Below, one piece after another: positions 12,601-24,600 of a stretch of DNA of 32,776 nucleotides. Source of the stretch: Chiloscyllium plagiosum (taxonomy: Eukaryota); the NCBI RefSeq assembly GCF_004010195.1, contig NW_025213401.1, forward strand, positions 1 to 32,776, read 5' to 3'. The notes below the pieces were generated by a model. That model saw only the letters and a list, made by a program, of their open reading frames with translations. It ran no database searches and was not told the origin of the DNA. Within the stretch, counting starts at the first letter, position 1, and every line of letters starts with the position of its first letter. A program made the position numbers and the translations under genes.

Positions 12601-15600
12601 GAGAGTCAGTGTCCCCCCCCGTACCCCGGGGAGAGTCAGTGTCCCCTCCCGTACCCCGGGGAGAGTCAGTGTCCCCCCCCGTACCCCGGGGAGAGTCAGT
12701 GTCCCCTCCCGTACCCCGGGGAGAGTCAGTGTCCCCCCCCGTACCCCGGGGAGAGTCAGTGTCCCCTCCCGTACCCCGGGGAGAGTCAGTGTCCCCCCCC
12801 GTACCCCGGGGAGAGTCAGTGTCCCCTCCCGTACCCCGGGGAGAGTCAGTGTCCCCCCCCGTACCCCGGGGAGAGTCAGTGTCCCCTCCCGTACCCCGGG
12901 GAGAGTCAGTGTCCCCCCCCGTACCCCGGGGAGAGTCAGTGTCCCCTCCCGTACCCCGGGGAGAGTCAGTGTCCCCCCCCGTACCCCGGGGAGAGTCAGT
13001 GTCCCCTCCCGTACCCCGGGGAGAGTCAGTGTCCCCCCCCGTACCCCGGGGAGAGTCAGTGTCCCCTCCCGTACCCCGGGGAGAGTCAGTGTCCCCCCCC
13101 GTACCCCGGGGAGAGTCAGTGTCCCCTCCCGTACCCCGGGGAGAGTCAGTGTCCCCCCCCGTACCCCGGGGAGAGTCAGTGTCCCCTCCCGTACCCCGGG
13201 GAGAGTCAGTGTCCCCCCCCGTACCCCGGGGAGAGTCAGTGTCCCCTCCCGTACCCCGGGGAGAGTCAGTGTCCCCCCCCGTACCCCGGGGAGAGTCAGT
13301 GTCCCCTCCCGTACCCCGGGGAGAGTCAGTGTCCCCCCCCGTACCCCGGGGAGAGTCAGTGTCCCCTCCCGTACCCCGGGGAGAGTCAGTGTCCCCCCCC
13401 GTACCCCGGGGAGAGTCAGTGTCCCCTCCCGTACCCCGGGGAGAGTCAGTGTCCCCCCCCGTACCCCGGGGAGAGTCAGTGTCCCCTCCCGTACCCCGGG
13501 GAGAGTCAGTGTCCCCCCCCGTACCCCGGGGAGAGTCAGTGTCCCCTCCCGTACCCCGGGGAGAGTCAGTGTCCCCCCCCGTACCCCGGGGAGAGTCAGT
13601 GTCCCCTCCCGTACCCCGGGGAGAGTCAGTGTCCCCCCCCGTACCCCGGGGAGAGTCAGTGTCCCCTCCCGTACCCCGGGGAGAGTCAGTGTCCCCCCCC
13701 GTACCCCGGGGAGAGTCAGTGTCCCCTCCCGTACCCCGGGGAGAGTCAGTGTCCCCCCCCGTACCCCGGGGAGAGTCAGTGTCCCCTCCCGTACCCCGGG
13801 GAGAGTCAGTGTCCCCCCCCGTACCCCGGGGAGAGTCAGTGTCCCCTCCCGTACCCCGGGGAGAGTCAGTGTCCCCCCCCGTACCCCGGGGAGAGTCAGT
13901 GTCCCCTCCCGTACCCCGGGGAGAGTCAGTGTCCCCCCCCGTACCCCGGGGAGAGTCAGTGTCCCCTCCCGTACCCCGGGGAGAGTCAGTGTCCCCCCCC
14001 GTACCCCGGGGAGAGTCAGTGTCCCCTCCCGTACCCCGGGGAGAGTCAGTGTCCCCCCCCGTACCCCGGGGAGAGTCAGTGTCCCCTCCCGTACCCCGGG
14101 GAGAGTCAGTGTCCCCCCCCGTACCCCGGGGAGAGTCAGTGTCCCCTCCCGTACCCCGGGGAGAGTCAGTGTCCCCCCCCGTACCCCGGGGAGAGTCAGT
14201 GTCCCCTCCCGTACCCCGGGGAGAGTCAGTGTCCCCCCCCGTACCCCGGGGAGAGTCAGTGTCCCCTCCCGTACCCCGGGGAGAGTCAGTGTCCCCCCCC
14301 GTACCCCGGGGAGAGTCAGTGTCCCCTCCCGTACCCCGGGGAGAGTCAGTGTCCCCCCCCGTACCCCGGGGAGAGTCAGTGTCCCCTCCCGTACCCCGGG
14401 GAGAGTCAGTGTCCCCCCCCGTACCCCGGGGAGAGTCAGTGTCCCCTCCCGTACCCCGGGGAGAGTCAGTGTCCCCCCCCGTACCCCGGGGAGAGTCAGT
14501 GTCCCCTCCCGTACCCCGGGGAGAGTCAGTGTCCCCCCCCGTACCCCGGGGAGAGTCAGTGTCCCCTCCCGTACCCCGGGGAGAGTCAGTGTCCCCCCCC
14601 GTACCCCGGGGAGAGTCAGTGTCCCCTCCCGTACCCCGGGGAGAGTCAGTGTCCCCCCCCGTACCCCGGGGAGAGTCAGTGTCCCCTCCCGTACCCCGGG
14701 GAGAGTCAGTGTCCCCCCCCGTACCCCGGGGAGAGTCAGTGTCCCCTCCCGTACCCCGGGGAGAGTCAGTGTCCCCCCCCGTACCCCGGGGAGAGTCAGT
14801 GTCCCCTCCCGTACCCCGGGGAGAGTCAGTGTCCCCCCCCGTACCCCGGGGAGAGTCAGTGTCCCCTCCCGTACCCCGGGGAGAGTCAGTGTCCCCCCCC
14901 GTACCCCGGGGAGAGTCAGTGTCCCCTCCCGTACCCCGGGGAGAGTCAGTGTCCCCCCCCGTACCCCGGGGAGAGTCAGTGTCCCCTCCCGTACCCCGGG
15001 GAGAGTCAGTGTCCCCCCCCGTACCCCGGGGAGAGTCAGTGTCCCCTCCCGTACCCCGGGGAGAGTCAGTGTCCCCCCCCGTACCCCGGGGAGAGTCAGT
15101 GTCCCCTCCCGTACCCCGGGGAGAGTCAGTGTCCCCCCCCGTACCCCGGGGAGAGTCAGTGTCCCCTCCCGTACCCCGGGGAGAGTCAGTGTCCCCCCCC
15201 GTACCCCGGGGAGAGTCAGTGTCCCCTCCCGTACCCCGGGGAGAGTCAGTGTCCCCCCCCGTACCCCGGGGAGAGTCAGTGTCCCCTCCCGTACCCCGGG
15301 GAGAGTCAGTGTCCCCCCCCGTACCCCGGGGAGAGTCAGTGTCCCCTCCCGTACCCCGGGGAGAGTCAGTGTCCCCCCCCGTACCCCGGGGAGAGTCAGT
15401 GTCCCCTCCCGTACCCCGGGGAGAGTCAGTGTCCCCCCCCGTACCCCGGGGAGAGTCAGTGTCCCCTCCCGTACCCCGGGGAGAGTCAGTGTCCCCCCCC
15501 GTACCCCGGGGAGAGTCAGTGTCCCCTCCCGTACCCCGGGGAGAGTCAGTGTCCCCCCCCGTACCCCGGGGAGAGTCAGTGTCCCCTCCCGTACCCCGGG

Positions 15601-18600
15601 GAGAGTCAGTGTCCCCCCCCGTACCCCGGGGAGAGTCAGTGTCCCCTCCCGTACCCCGGGGAGAGTCAGTGTCCCCCCCCGTACCCCGGGGAGAGTCAGT
15701 GTCCCCTCCCGTACCCCGGGGAGAGTCAGTGTCCCCCCCCGTACCCCGGGGAGAGTCAGTGTCCCCTCCCGTACCCCGGGGAGAGTCAGTGTCCCCCCCC
15801 GTACCCCGGGGAGAGTCAGTGTCCCCTCCCGTACCCCGGGGAGAGTCAGTGTCCCCCCCCGTACCCCGGGGAGAGTCAGTGTCCCCTCCCGTACCCCGGG
15901 GAGAGTCAGTGTCCCCCCCCGTACCCCGGGGAGAGTCAGTGTCCCCTCCCGTACCCCGGGGAGAGTCAGTGTCCCCCCCCGTACCCCGGGGAGAGTCAGT
16001 GTCCCCTCCCGTACCCCGGGGAGAGTCAGTGTCCCCCCCCGTACCCCGGGGAGAGTCAGTGTCCCCTCCCGTACCCCGGGGAGAGTCAGTGTCCCCCCCC
16101 GTACCCCGGGGAGAGTCAGTGTCCCCTCCCGTACCCCGGGGAGAGTCAGTGTCCCCCCCCGTACCCCGGGGAGAGTCAGTGTCCCCTCCCGTACCCCGGG
16201 GAGAGTCAGTGTCCCCCCCCGTACCCCGGGGAGAGTCAGTGTCCCCTCCCGTACCCCGGGGAGAGTCAGTGTCCCCCCCCGTACCCCGGGGAGAGTCAGT
16301 GTCCCCTCCCGTACCCCGGGGAGAGTCAGTGTCCCCCCCCGTACCCCGGGGAGAGTCAGTGTCCCCTCCCGTACCCCGGGGAGAGTCAGTGTCCCCCCCC
16401 GTACCCCGGGGAGAGTCAGTGTCCCCTCCCGTACCCCGGGGAGAGTCAGTGTCCCCCCCCGTACCCCGGGGAGAGTCAGTGTCCCCTCCCGTACCCCGGG
16501 GAGAGTCAGTGTCCCCCCCCGTACCCCGGGGAGAGTCAGTGTCCCCTCCCGTACCCCGGGGAGAGTCAGTGTCCCCCCCCGTACCCCGGGGAGAGTCAGT
16601 GTCCCCTCCCGTACCCCGGGGAGAGTCAGTGTCCCCCCCCGTACCCCGGGGAGAGTCAGTGTCCCCTCCCGTACCCCGGGGAGAGTCAGTGTCCCCCCCC
16701 GTACCCCGGGGAGAGTCAGTGTCCCCTCCCGTACCCCGGGGAGAGTCAGTGTCCCCCCCCGTACCCCGGGGAGAGTCAGTGTCCCCTCCCGTACCCCGGG
16801 GAGAGTCAGTGTCCCCCCCCGTACCCCGGGGAGAGTCAGTGTCCCCTCCCGTACCCCGGGGAGAGTCAGTGTCCCCCCCCGTACCCCGGGGAGAGTCAGT
16901 GTCCCCTCCCGTACCCCGGGGAGAGTCAGTGTCCCCCCCCGTACCCCGGGGAGAGTCAGTGTCCCCTCCCGTACCCCGGGGAGAGTCAGTGTCCCCCCCC
17001 GTACCCCGGGGAGAGTCAGTGTCCCCTCCCGTACCCCGGGGAGAGTCAGTGTCCCCCCCCGTACCCCGGGGAGAGTCAGTGTCCCCTCCCGTACCCCGGG
17101 GAGAGTCAGTGTCCCCCCCCGTACCCCGGGGAGAGTCAGTGTCCCCTCCCGTACCCCGGGGAGAGTCAGTGTCCCCCCCCGTACCCCGGGGAGAGTCAGT
17201 GTCCCCTCCCGTACCCCGGGGAGAGTCAGTGTCCCCCCCCGTACCCCGGGGAGAGTCAGTGTCCCCTCCCGTACCCCGGGGAGAGTCAGTGTCCCCCCCC
17301 GTACCCCGGGGAGAGTCAGTGTCCCCTCCCGTACCCCGGGGAGAGTCAGTGTCCCCCCCCGTACCCCGGGGAGAGTCAGTGTCCCCTCCCGTACCCCGGG
17401 GAGAGTCAGTGTCCCCCCCCGTACCCCGGGGAGAGTCAGTGTCCCCTCCCGTACCCCGGGGAGAGTCAGTGTCCCCCCCCGTACCCCGGGGAGAGTCAGT
17501 GTCCCCTCCCGTACCCCGGGGAGAGTCAGTGTCCCCCCCCGTACCCCGGGGAGAGTCAGTGTCCCCTCCCGTACCCCGGGGAGAGTCAGTGTCCCCCCCC
17601 GTACCCCGGGGAGAGTCAGTGTCCCCTCCCGTACCCCGGGGAGAGTCAGTGTCCCCCCCCGTACCCCGGGGAGAGTCAGTGTCCCCTCCCGTACCCCGGG
17701 GAGAGTCAGTGTCCCCCCCCGTACCCCGGGGAGAGTCAGTGTCCCCTCCCGTACCCCGGGGAGAGTCAGTGTCCCCCCCCGTACCCCGGGGAGAGTCAGT
17801 GTCCCCTCCCGTACCCCGGGGAGAGTCAGTGTCCCCCCCCGTACCCCGGGGAGAGTCAGTGTCCCCTCCCGTACCCCGGGGAGAGTCAGTGTCCCCCCCC
17901 GTACCCCGGGGAGAGTCAGTGTCCCCTCCCGTACCCCGGGGAGAGTCAGTGTCCCCCCCCGTACCCCGGGGAGAGTCAGTGTCCCCTCCCGTACCCCGGG
18001 GAGAGTCAGTGTCCCCCCCCGTACCCCGGGGAGAGTCAGTGTCCCCTCCCGTACCCCGGGGAGAGTCAGTGTCCCCCCCCGTACCCCGGGGAGAGTCAGT
18101 GTCCCCTCCCGTACCCCGGGGAGAGTCAGTGTCCCCCCCCGTACCCCGGGGAGAGTCAGTGTCCCCTCCCGTACCCCGGGGAGAGTCAGTGTCCCCCCCC
18201 GTACCCCGGGGAGAGTCAGTGTCCCCTCCCGTACCCCGGGGAGAGTCAGTGTCCCCCCCCGTACCCCGGGGAGAGTCAGTGTCCCCTCCCGTACCCCGGG
18301 GAGAGTCAGTGTCCCCCCCCGTACCCCGGGGAGAGTCAGTGTCCCCTCCCGTACCCCGGGGAGAGTCAGTGTCCCCCCCCGTACCCCGGGGAGAGTCAGT
18401 GTCCCCTCCCGTACCCCGGGGAGAGTCAGTGTCCCCCCCCGTACCCCGGGGAGAGTCAGTGTCCCCTCCCGTACCCCGGGGAGAGTCAGTGTCCCCCCCC
18501 GTACCCCGGGGAGAGTCAGTGTCCCCTCCCGTACCCCGGGGAGAGTCAGTGTCCCCCCCCGTACCCCGGGGAGAGTCAGTGTCCCCTCCCGTACCCCGGG

Positions 18601-21600
18601 GAGAGTCAGTGTCCCCCCCCGTACCCCGGGGAGAGTCAGTGTCCCCTCCCGTACCCCGGGGAGAGTCAGTGTCCCCCCCCGTACCCCGGGGAGAGTCAGT
18701 GTCCCCTCCCGTACCCCGGGGAGAGTCAGTGTCCCCCCCCGTACCCCGGGGAGAGTCAGTGTCCCCTCCCGTACCCCGGGGAGAGTCAGTGTCCCCCCCC
18801 GTACCCCGGGGAGAGTCAGTGTCCCCTCCCGTACCCCGGGGAGAGTCAGTGTCCCCCCCCGTACCCCGGGGAGAGTCAGTGTCCCCTCCCGTACCCCGGG
18901 GAGAGTCAGTGTCCCCCCCCGTACCCCGGGGAGAGTCAGTGTCCCCTCCCGTACCCCGGGGAGAGTCAGTGTCCCCCCCCGTACCCCGGGGAGAGTCAGT
19001 GTCCCCTCCCGTACCCCGGGGAGAGTCAGTGTCCCCCCCCGTACCCCGGGGAGAGTCAGTGTCCCCTCCCGTACCCCGGGGAGAGTCAGTGTCCCCCCCC
19101 GTACCCCGGGGAGAGTCAGTGTCCCCTCCCGTACCCCGGGGAGAGTCAGTGTCCCCCCCCGTACCCCGGGGAGAGTCAGTGTCCCCTCCCGTACCCCGGG
19201 GAGAGTCAGTGTCCCCCCCCGTACCCCGGGGAGAGTCAGTGTCCCCTCCCGTACCCCGGGGAGAGTCAGTGTCCCCCCCCGTACCCCGGGGAGAGTCAGT
19301 GTCCCCTCCCGTACCCCGGGGAGAGTCAGTGTCCCCCCCCGTACCCCGGGGAGAGTCAGTGTCCCCTCCCGTACCCCGGGGAGAGTCAGTGTCCCCCCCC
19401 GTACCCCGGGGAGAGTCAGTGTCCCCTCCCGTACCCCGGGGAGAGTCAGTGTCCCCCCCCGTACCCCGGGGAGAGTCAGTGTCCCCTCCCGTACCCCGGG
19501 GAGAGTCAGTGTCCCCCCCCGTACCCCGGGGAGAGTCAGTGTCCCCTCCCGTACCCCGGGGAGAGTCAGTGTCCCCCCCCGTACCCCGGGGAGAGTCAGT
19601 GTCCCCTCCCGTACCCCGGGGAGAGTCAGTGTCCCCCCCCGTACCCCGGGGAGAGTCAGTGTCCCCTCCCGTACCCCGGGGAGAGTCAGTGTCCCCCCCC
19701 GTACCCCGGGGAGAGTCAGTGTCCCCTCCCGTACCCCGGGGAGAGTCAGTGTCCCCCCCCGTACCCCGGGGAGAGTCAGTGTCCCCTCCCGTACCCCGGG
19801 GAGAGTCAGTGTCCCCCCCCGTACCCCGGGGAGAGTCAGTGTCCCCTCCCGTACCCCGGGGAGAGTCAGTGTCCCCCCCCGTACCCCGGGGAGAGTCAGT
19901 GTCCCCTCCCGTACCCCGGGGAGAGTCAGTGTCCCCCCCCGTACCCCGGGGAGAGTCAGTGTCCCCTCCCGTACCCCGGGGAGAGTCAGTGTCCCCCCCC
20001 GTACCCCGGGGAGAGTCAGTGTCCCCTCCCGTACCCCGGGGAGAGTCAGTGTCCCCCCCCGTACCCCGGGGAGAGTCAGTGTCCCCTCCCGTACCCCGGG
20101 GAGAGTCAGTGTCCCCCCCCGTACCCCGGGGAGAGTCAGTGTCCCCTCCCGTACCCCGGGGAGAGTCAGTGTCCCCCCCCGTACCCCGGGGAGAGTCAGT
20201 GTCCCCTCCCGTACCCCGGGGAGAGTCAGTGTCCCCCCCCGTACCCCGGGGAGAGTCAGTGTCCCCTCCCGTACCCCGGGGAGAGTCAGTGTCCCCCCCC
20301 GTACCCCGGGGAGAGTCAGTGTCCCCTCCCGTACCCCGGGGAGAGTCAGTGTCCCCCCCCGTACCCCGGGGAGAGTCAGTGTCCCCTCCCGTACCCCGGG
20401 GAGAGTCAGTGTCCCCCCCCGTACCCCGGGGAGAGTCAGTGTCCCCTCCCGTACCCCGGGGAGAGTCAGTGTCCCCCCCCGTACCCCGGGGAGAGTCAGT
20501 GTCCCCTCCCGTACCCCGGGGAGAGTCAGTGTCCCCCCCCGTACCCCGGGGAGAGTCAGTGTCCCCTCCCGTACCCCGGGGAGAGTCAGTGTCCCCCCCC
20601 GTACCCCGGGGAGAGTCAGTGTCCCCTCCCGTACCCCGGGGAGAGTCAGTGTCCCCCCCCGTACCCCGGGGAGAGTCAGTGTCCCCTCCCGTACCCCGGG
20701 GAGAGTCAGTGTCCCCCCCCGTACCCCGGGGAGAGTCAGTGTCCCCTCCCGTACCCCGGGGAGAGTCAGTGTCCCCCCCCGTACCCCGGGGAGAGTCAGT
20801 GTCCCCTCCCGTACCCCGGGGAGAGTCAGTGTCCCCCCCCGTACCCCGGGGAGAGTCAGTGTCCCCTCCCGTACCCCGGGGAGAGTCAGTGTCCCCCCCC
20901 GTACCCCGGGGAGAGTCAGTGTCCCCTCCCGTACCCCGGGGAGAGTCAGTGTCCCCCCCCGTACCCCGGGGAGAGTCAGTGTCCCCTCCCGTACCCCGGG
21001 GAGAGTCAGTGTCCCCCCCCGTACCCCGGGGAGAGTCAGTGTCCCCTCCCGTACCCCGGGGAGAGTCAGTGTCCCCCCCCGTACCCCGGGGAGAGTCAGT
21101 GTCCCCTCCCGTACCCCGGGGAGAGTCAGTGTCCCCCCCCGTACCCCGGGGAGAGTCAGTGTCCCCTCCCGTACCCCGGGGAGAGTCAGTGTCCCCCCCC
21201 GTACCCCGGGGAGAGTCAGTGTCCCCTCCCGTACCCCGGGGAGAGTCAGTGTCCCCCCCCGTACCCCGGGGAGAGTCAGTGTCCCCTCCCGTACCCCGGG
21301 GAGAGTCAGTGTCCCCCCCCGTACCCCGGGGAGAGTCAGTGTCCCCTCCCGTACCCCGGGGAGAGTCAGTGTCCCCCCCCGTACCCCGGGGAGAGTCAGT
21401 GTCCCCTCCCGTACCCCGGGGAGAGTCAGTGTCCCCCCCCGTACCCCGGGGAGAGTCAGTGTCCCCTCCCGTACCCCGGGGAGAGTCAGTGTCCCCCCCC
21501 GTACCCCGGGGAGAGTCAGTGTCCCCTCCCGTACCCCGGGGAGAGTCAGTGTCCCCCCCCGTACCCCGGGGAGAGTCAGTGTCCCCTCCCGTACCCCGGG

Positions 21601-24600
21601 GAGAGTCAGTGTCCCCCCCCGTACCCCGGGGAGAGTCAGTGTCCCCTCCCGTACCCCGGGGAGAGTCAGTGTCCCCCCCCGTACCCCGGGGAGAGTCAGT
21701 GTCCCCTCCCGTACCCCGGGGAGAGTCAGTGTCCCCCCCCGTACCCCGGGGAGAGTCAGTGTCCCCTCCCGTACCCCGGGGAGAGTCAGTGTCCCCCCCC
21801 GTACCCCGGGGAGAGTCAGTGTCCCCTCCCGTACCCCGGGGAGAGTCAGTGTCCCCCCCCGTACCCCGGGGAGAGTCAGTGTCCCCTCCCGTACCCCGGG
21901 GAGAGTCAGTGTCCCCCCCCGTACCCCGGGGAGAGTCAGTGTCCCCTCCCGTACCCCGGGGAGAGTCAGTGTCCCCCCCCGTACCCCGGGGAGAGTCAGT
22001 GTCCCCTCCCGTACCCCGGGGAGAGTCAGTGTCCCCCCCCGTACCCCGGGGAGAGTCAGTGTCCCCTCCCGTACCCCGGGGAGAGTCAGTGTCCCCCCCC
22101 GTACCCCGGGGAGAGTCAGTGTCCCCTCCCGTACCCCGGGGAGAGTCAGTGTCCCCCCCCGTACCCCGGGGAGAGTCAGTGTCCCCTCCCGTACCCCGGG
22201 GAGAGTCAGTGTCCCCCCCCGTACCCCGGGGAGAGTCAGTGTCCCCTCCCGTACCCCGGGGAGAGTCAGTGTCCCCCCCCGTACCCCGGGGAGAGTCAGT
22301 GTCCCCTCCCGTACCCCGGGGAGAGTCAGTGTCCCCCCCCGTACCCCGGGGAGAGTCAGTGTCCCCTCCCGTACCCCGGGGAGAGTCAGTGTCCCCCCCC
22401 GTACCCCGGGGAGAGTCAGTGTCCCCTCCCGTACCCCGGGGAGAGTCAGTGTCCCCCCCCGTACCCCGGGGAGAGTCAGTGTCCCCTCCCGTACCCCGGG
22501 GAGAGTCAGTGTCCCCCCCCGTACCCCGGGGAGAGTCAGTGTCCCCTCCCGTACCCCGGGGAGAGTCAGTGTCCCCCCCCGTACCCCGGGGAGAGTCAGT
22601 GTCCCCTCCCGTACCCCGGGGAGAGTCAGTGTCCCCCCCCGTACCCCGGGGAGAGTCAGTGTCCCCTCCCGTACCCCGGGGAGAGTCAGTGTCCCCCCCC
22701 GTACCCCGGGGAGAGTCAGTGTCCCCTCCCGTACCCCGGGGAGAGTCAGTGTCCCCCCCCGTACCCCGGGGAGAGTCAGTGTCCCCTCCCGTACCCCGGG
22801 GAGAGTCAGTGTCCCCCCCCGTACCCCGGGGAGAGTCAGTGTCCCCTCCCGTACCCCGGGGAGAGTCAGTGTCCCCCCCCGTACCCCGGGGAGAGTCAGT
22901 GTCCCCTCCCGTACCCCGGGGAGAGTCAGTGTCCCCCCCCGTACCCCGGGGAGAGTCAGTGTCCCCTCCCGTACCCCGGGGAGAGTCAGTGTCCCCCCCC
23001 GTACCCCGGGGAGAGTCAGTGTCCCCTCCCGTACCCCGGGGAGAGTCAGTGTCCCCCCCCGTACCCCGGGGAGAGTCAGTGTCCCCTCCCGTACCCCGGG
23101 GAGAGTCAGTGTCCCCCCCCGTACCCCGGGGAGAGTCAGTGTCCCCTCCCGTACCCCGGGGAGAGTCAGTGTCCCCCCCCGTACCCCGGGGAGAGTCAGT
23201 GTCCCCTCCCGTACCCCGGGGAGAGTCAGTGTCCCCCCCCGTACCCCGGGGAGAGTCAGTGTCCCCTCCCGTACCCCGGGGAGAGTCAGTGTCCCCCCCC
23301 GTACCCCGGGGAGAGTCAGTGTCCCCTCCCGTACCCCGGGGAGAGTCAGTGTCCCCCCCCGTACCCCGGGGAGAGTCAGTGTCCCCTCCCGTACCCCGGG
23401 GAGAGTCAGTGTCCCCCCCCGTACCCCGGGGAGAGTCAGTGTCCCCTCCCGTACCCCGGGGAGAGTCAGTGTCCCCCCCCGTACCCCGGGGAGAGTCAGT
23501 GTCCCCTCCCGTACCCCGGGGAGAGTCAGTGTCCCCCCCCGTACCCCGGGGAGAGTCAGTGTCCCCTCCCGTACCCCGGGGAGAGTCAGTGTCCCCCCCC
23601 GTACCCCGGGGAGAGTCAGTGTCCCCTCCCGTACCCCGGGGAGAGTCAGTGTCCCCCCCCGTACCCCGGGGAGAGTCAGTGTCCCCTCCCGTACCCCGGG
23701 GAGAGTCAGTGTCCCCCCCCGTACCCCGGGGAGAGTCAGTGTCCCCTCCCGTACCCCGGGGAGAGTCAGTGTCCCCCCCCGTACCCCGGGGAGAGTCAGT
23801 GTCCCCTCCCGTACCCCGGGGAGAGTCAGTGTCCCCCCCCGTACCCCGGGGAGAGTCAGTGTCCCCTCCCGTACCCCGGGGAGAGTCAGTGTCCCCCCCC
23901 GTACCCCGGGGAGAGTCAGTGTCCCCTCCCGTACCCCGGGGAGAGTCAGTGTCCCCCCCCGTACCCCGGGGAGAGTCAGTGTCCCCTCCCGTACCCCGGG
24001 GAGAGTCAGTGTCCCCCCCCGTACCCCGGGGAGAGTCAGTGTCCCCTCCCGTACCCCGGGGAGAGTCAGTGTCCCCCCCCGTACCCCGGGGAGAGTCAGT
24101 GTCCCCTCCCGTACCCCGGGGAGAGTCAGTGTCCCCCCCCGTACCCCGGGGAGAGTCAGTGTCCCCTCCCGTACCCCGGGGAGAGTCAGTGTCCCCCCCC
24201 GTACCCCGGGGAGAGTCAGTGTCCCCTCCCGTACCCCGGGGAGAGTCAGTGTCCCCCCCCGTACCCCGGGGAGAGTCAGTGTCCCCTCCCGTACCCCGGG
24301 GAGAGTCAGTGTCCCCCCCCGTACCCCGGGGAGAGTCAGTGTCCCCTCCCGTACCCCGGGGAGAGTCAGTGTCCCCCCCCGTACCCCGGGGAGAGTCAGT
24401 GTCCCCTCCCGTACCCCGGGGAGAGTCAGTGTCCCCCCCCGTACCCCGGGGAGAGTCAGTGTCCCCTCCCGTACCCCGGGGAGAGTCAGTGTCCCCCCCC
24501 GTACCCCGGGGAGAGTCAGTGTCCCCTCCCGTACCCCGGGGAGAGTCAGTGTCCCCCCCCGTACCCCGGGGAGAGTCAGTGTCCCCTCCCGTACCCCGGG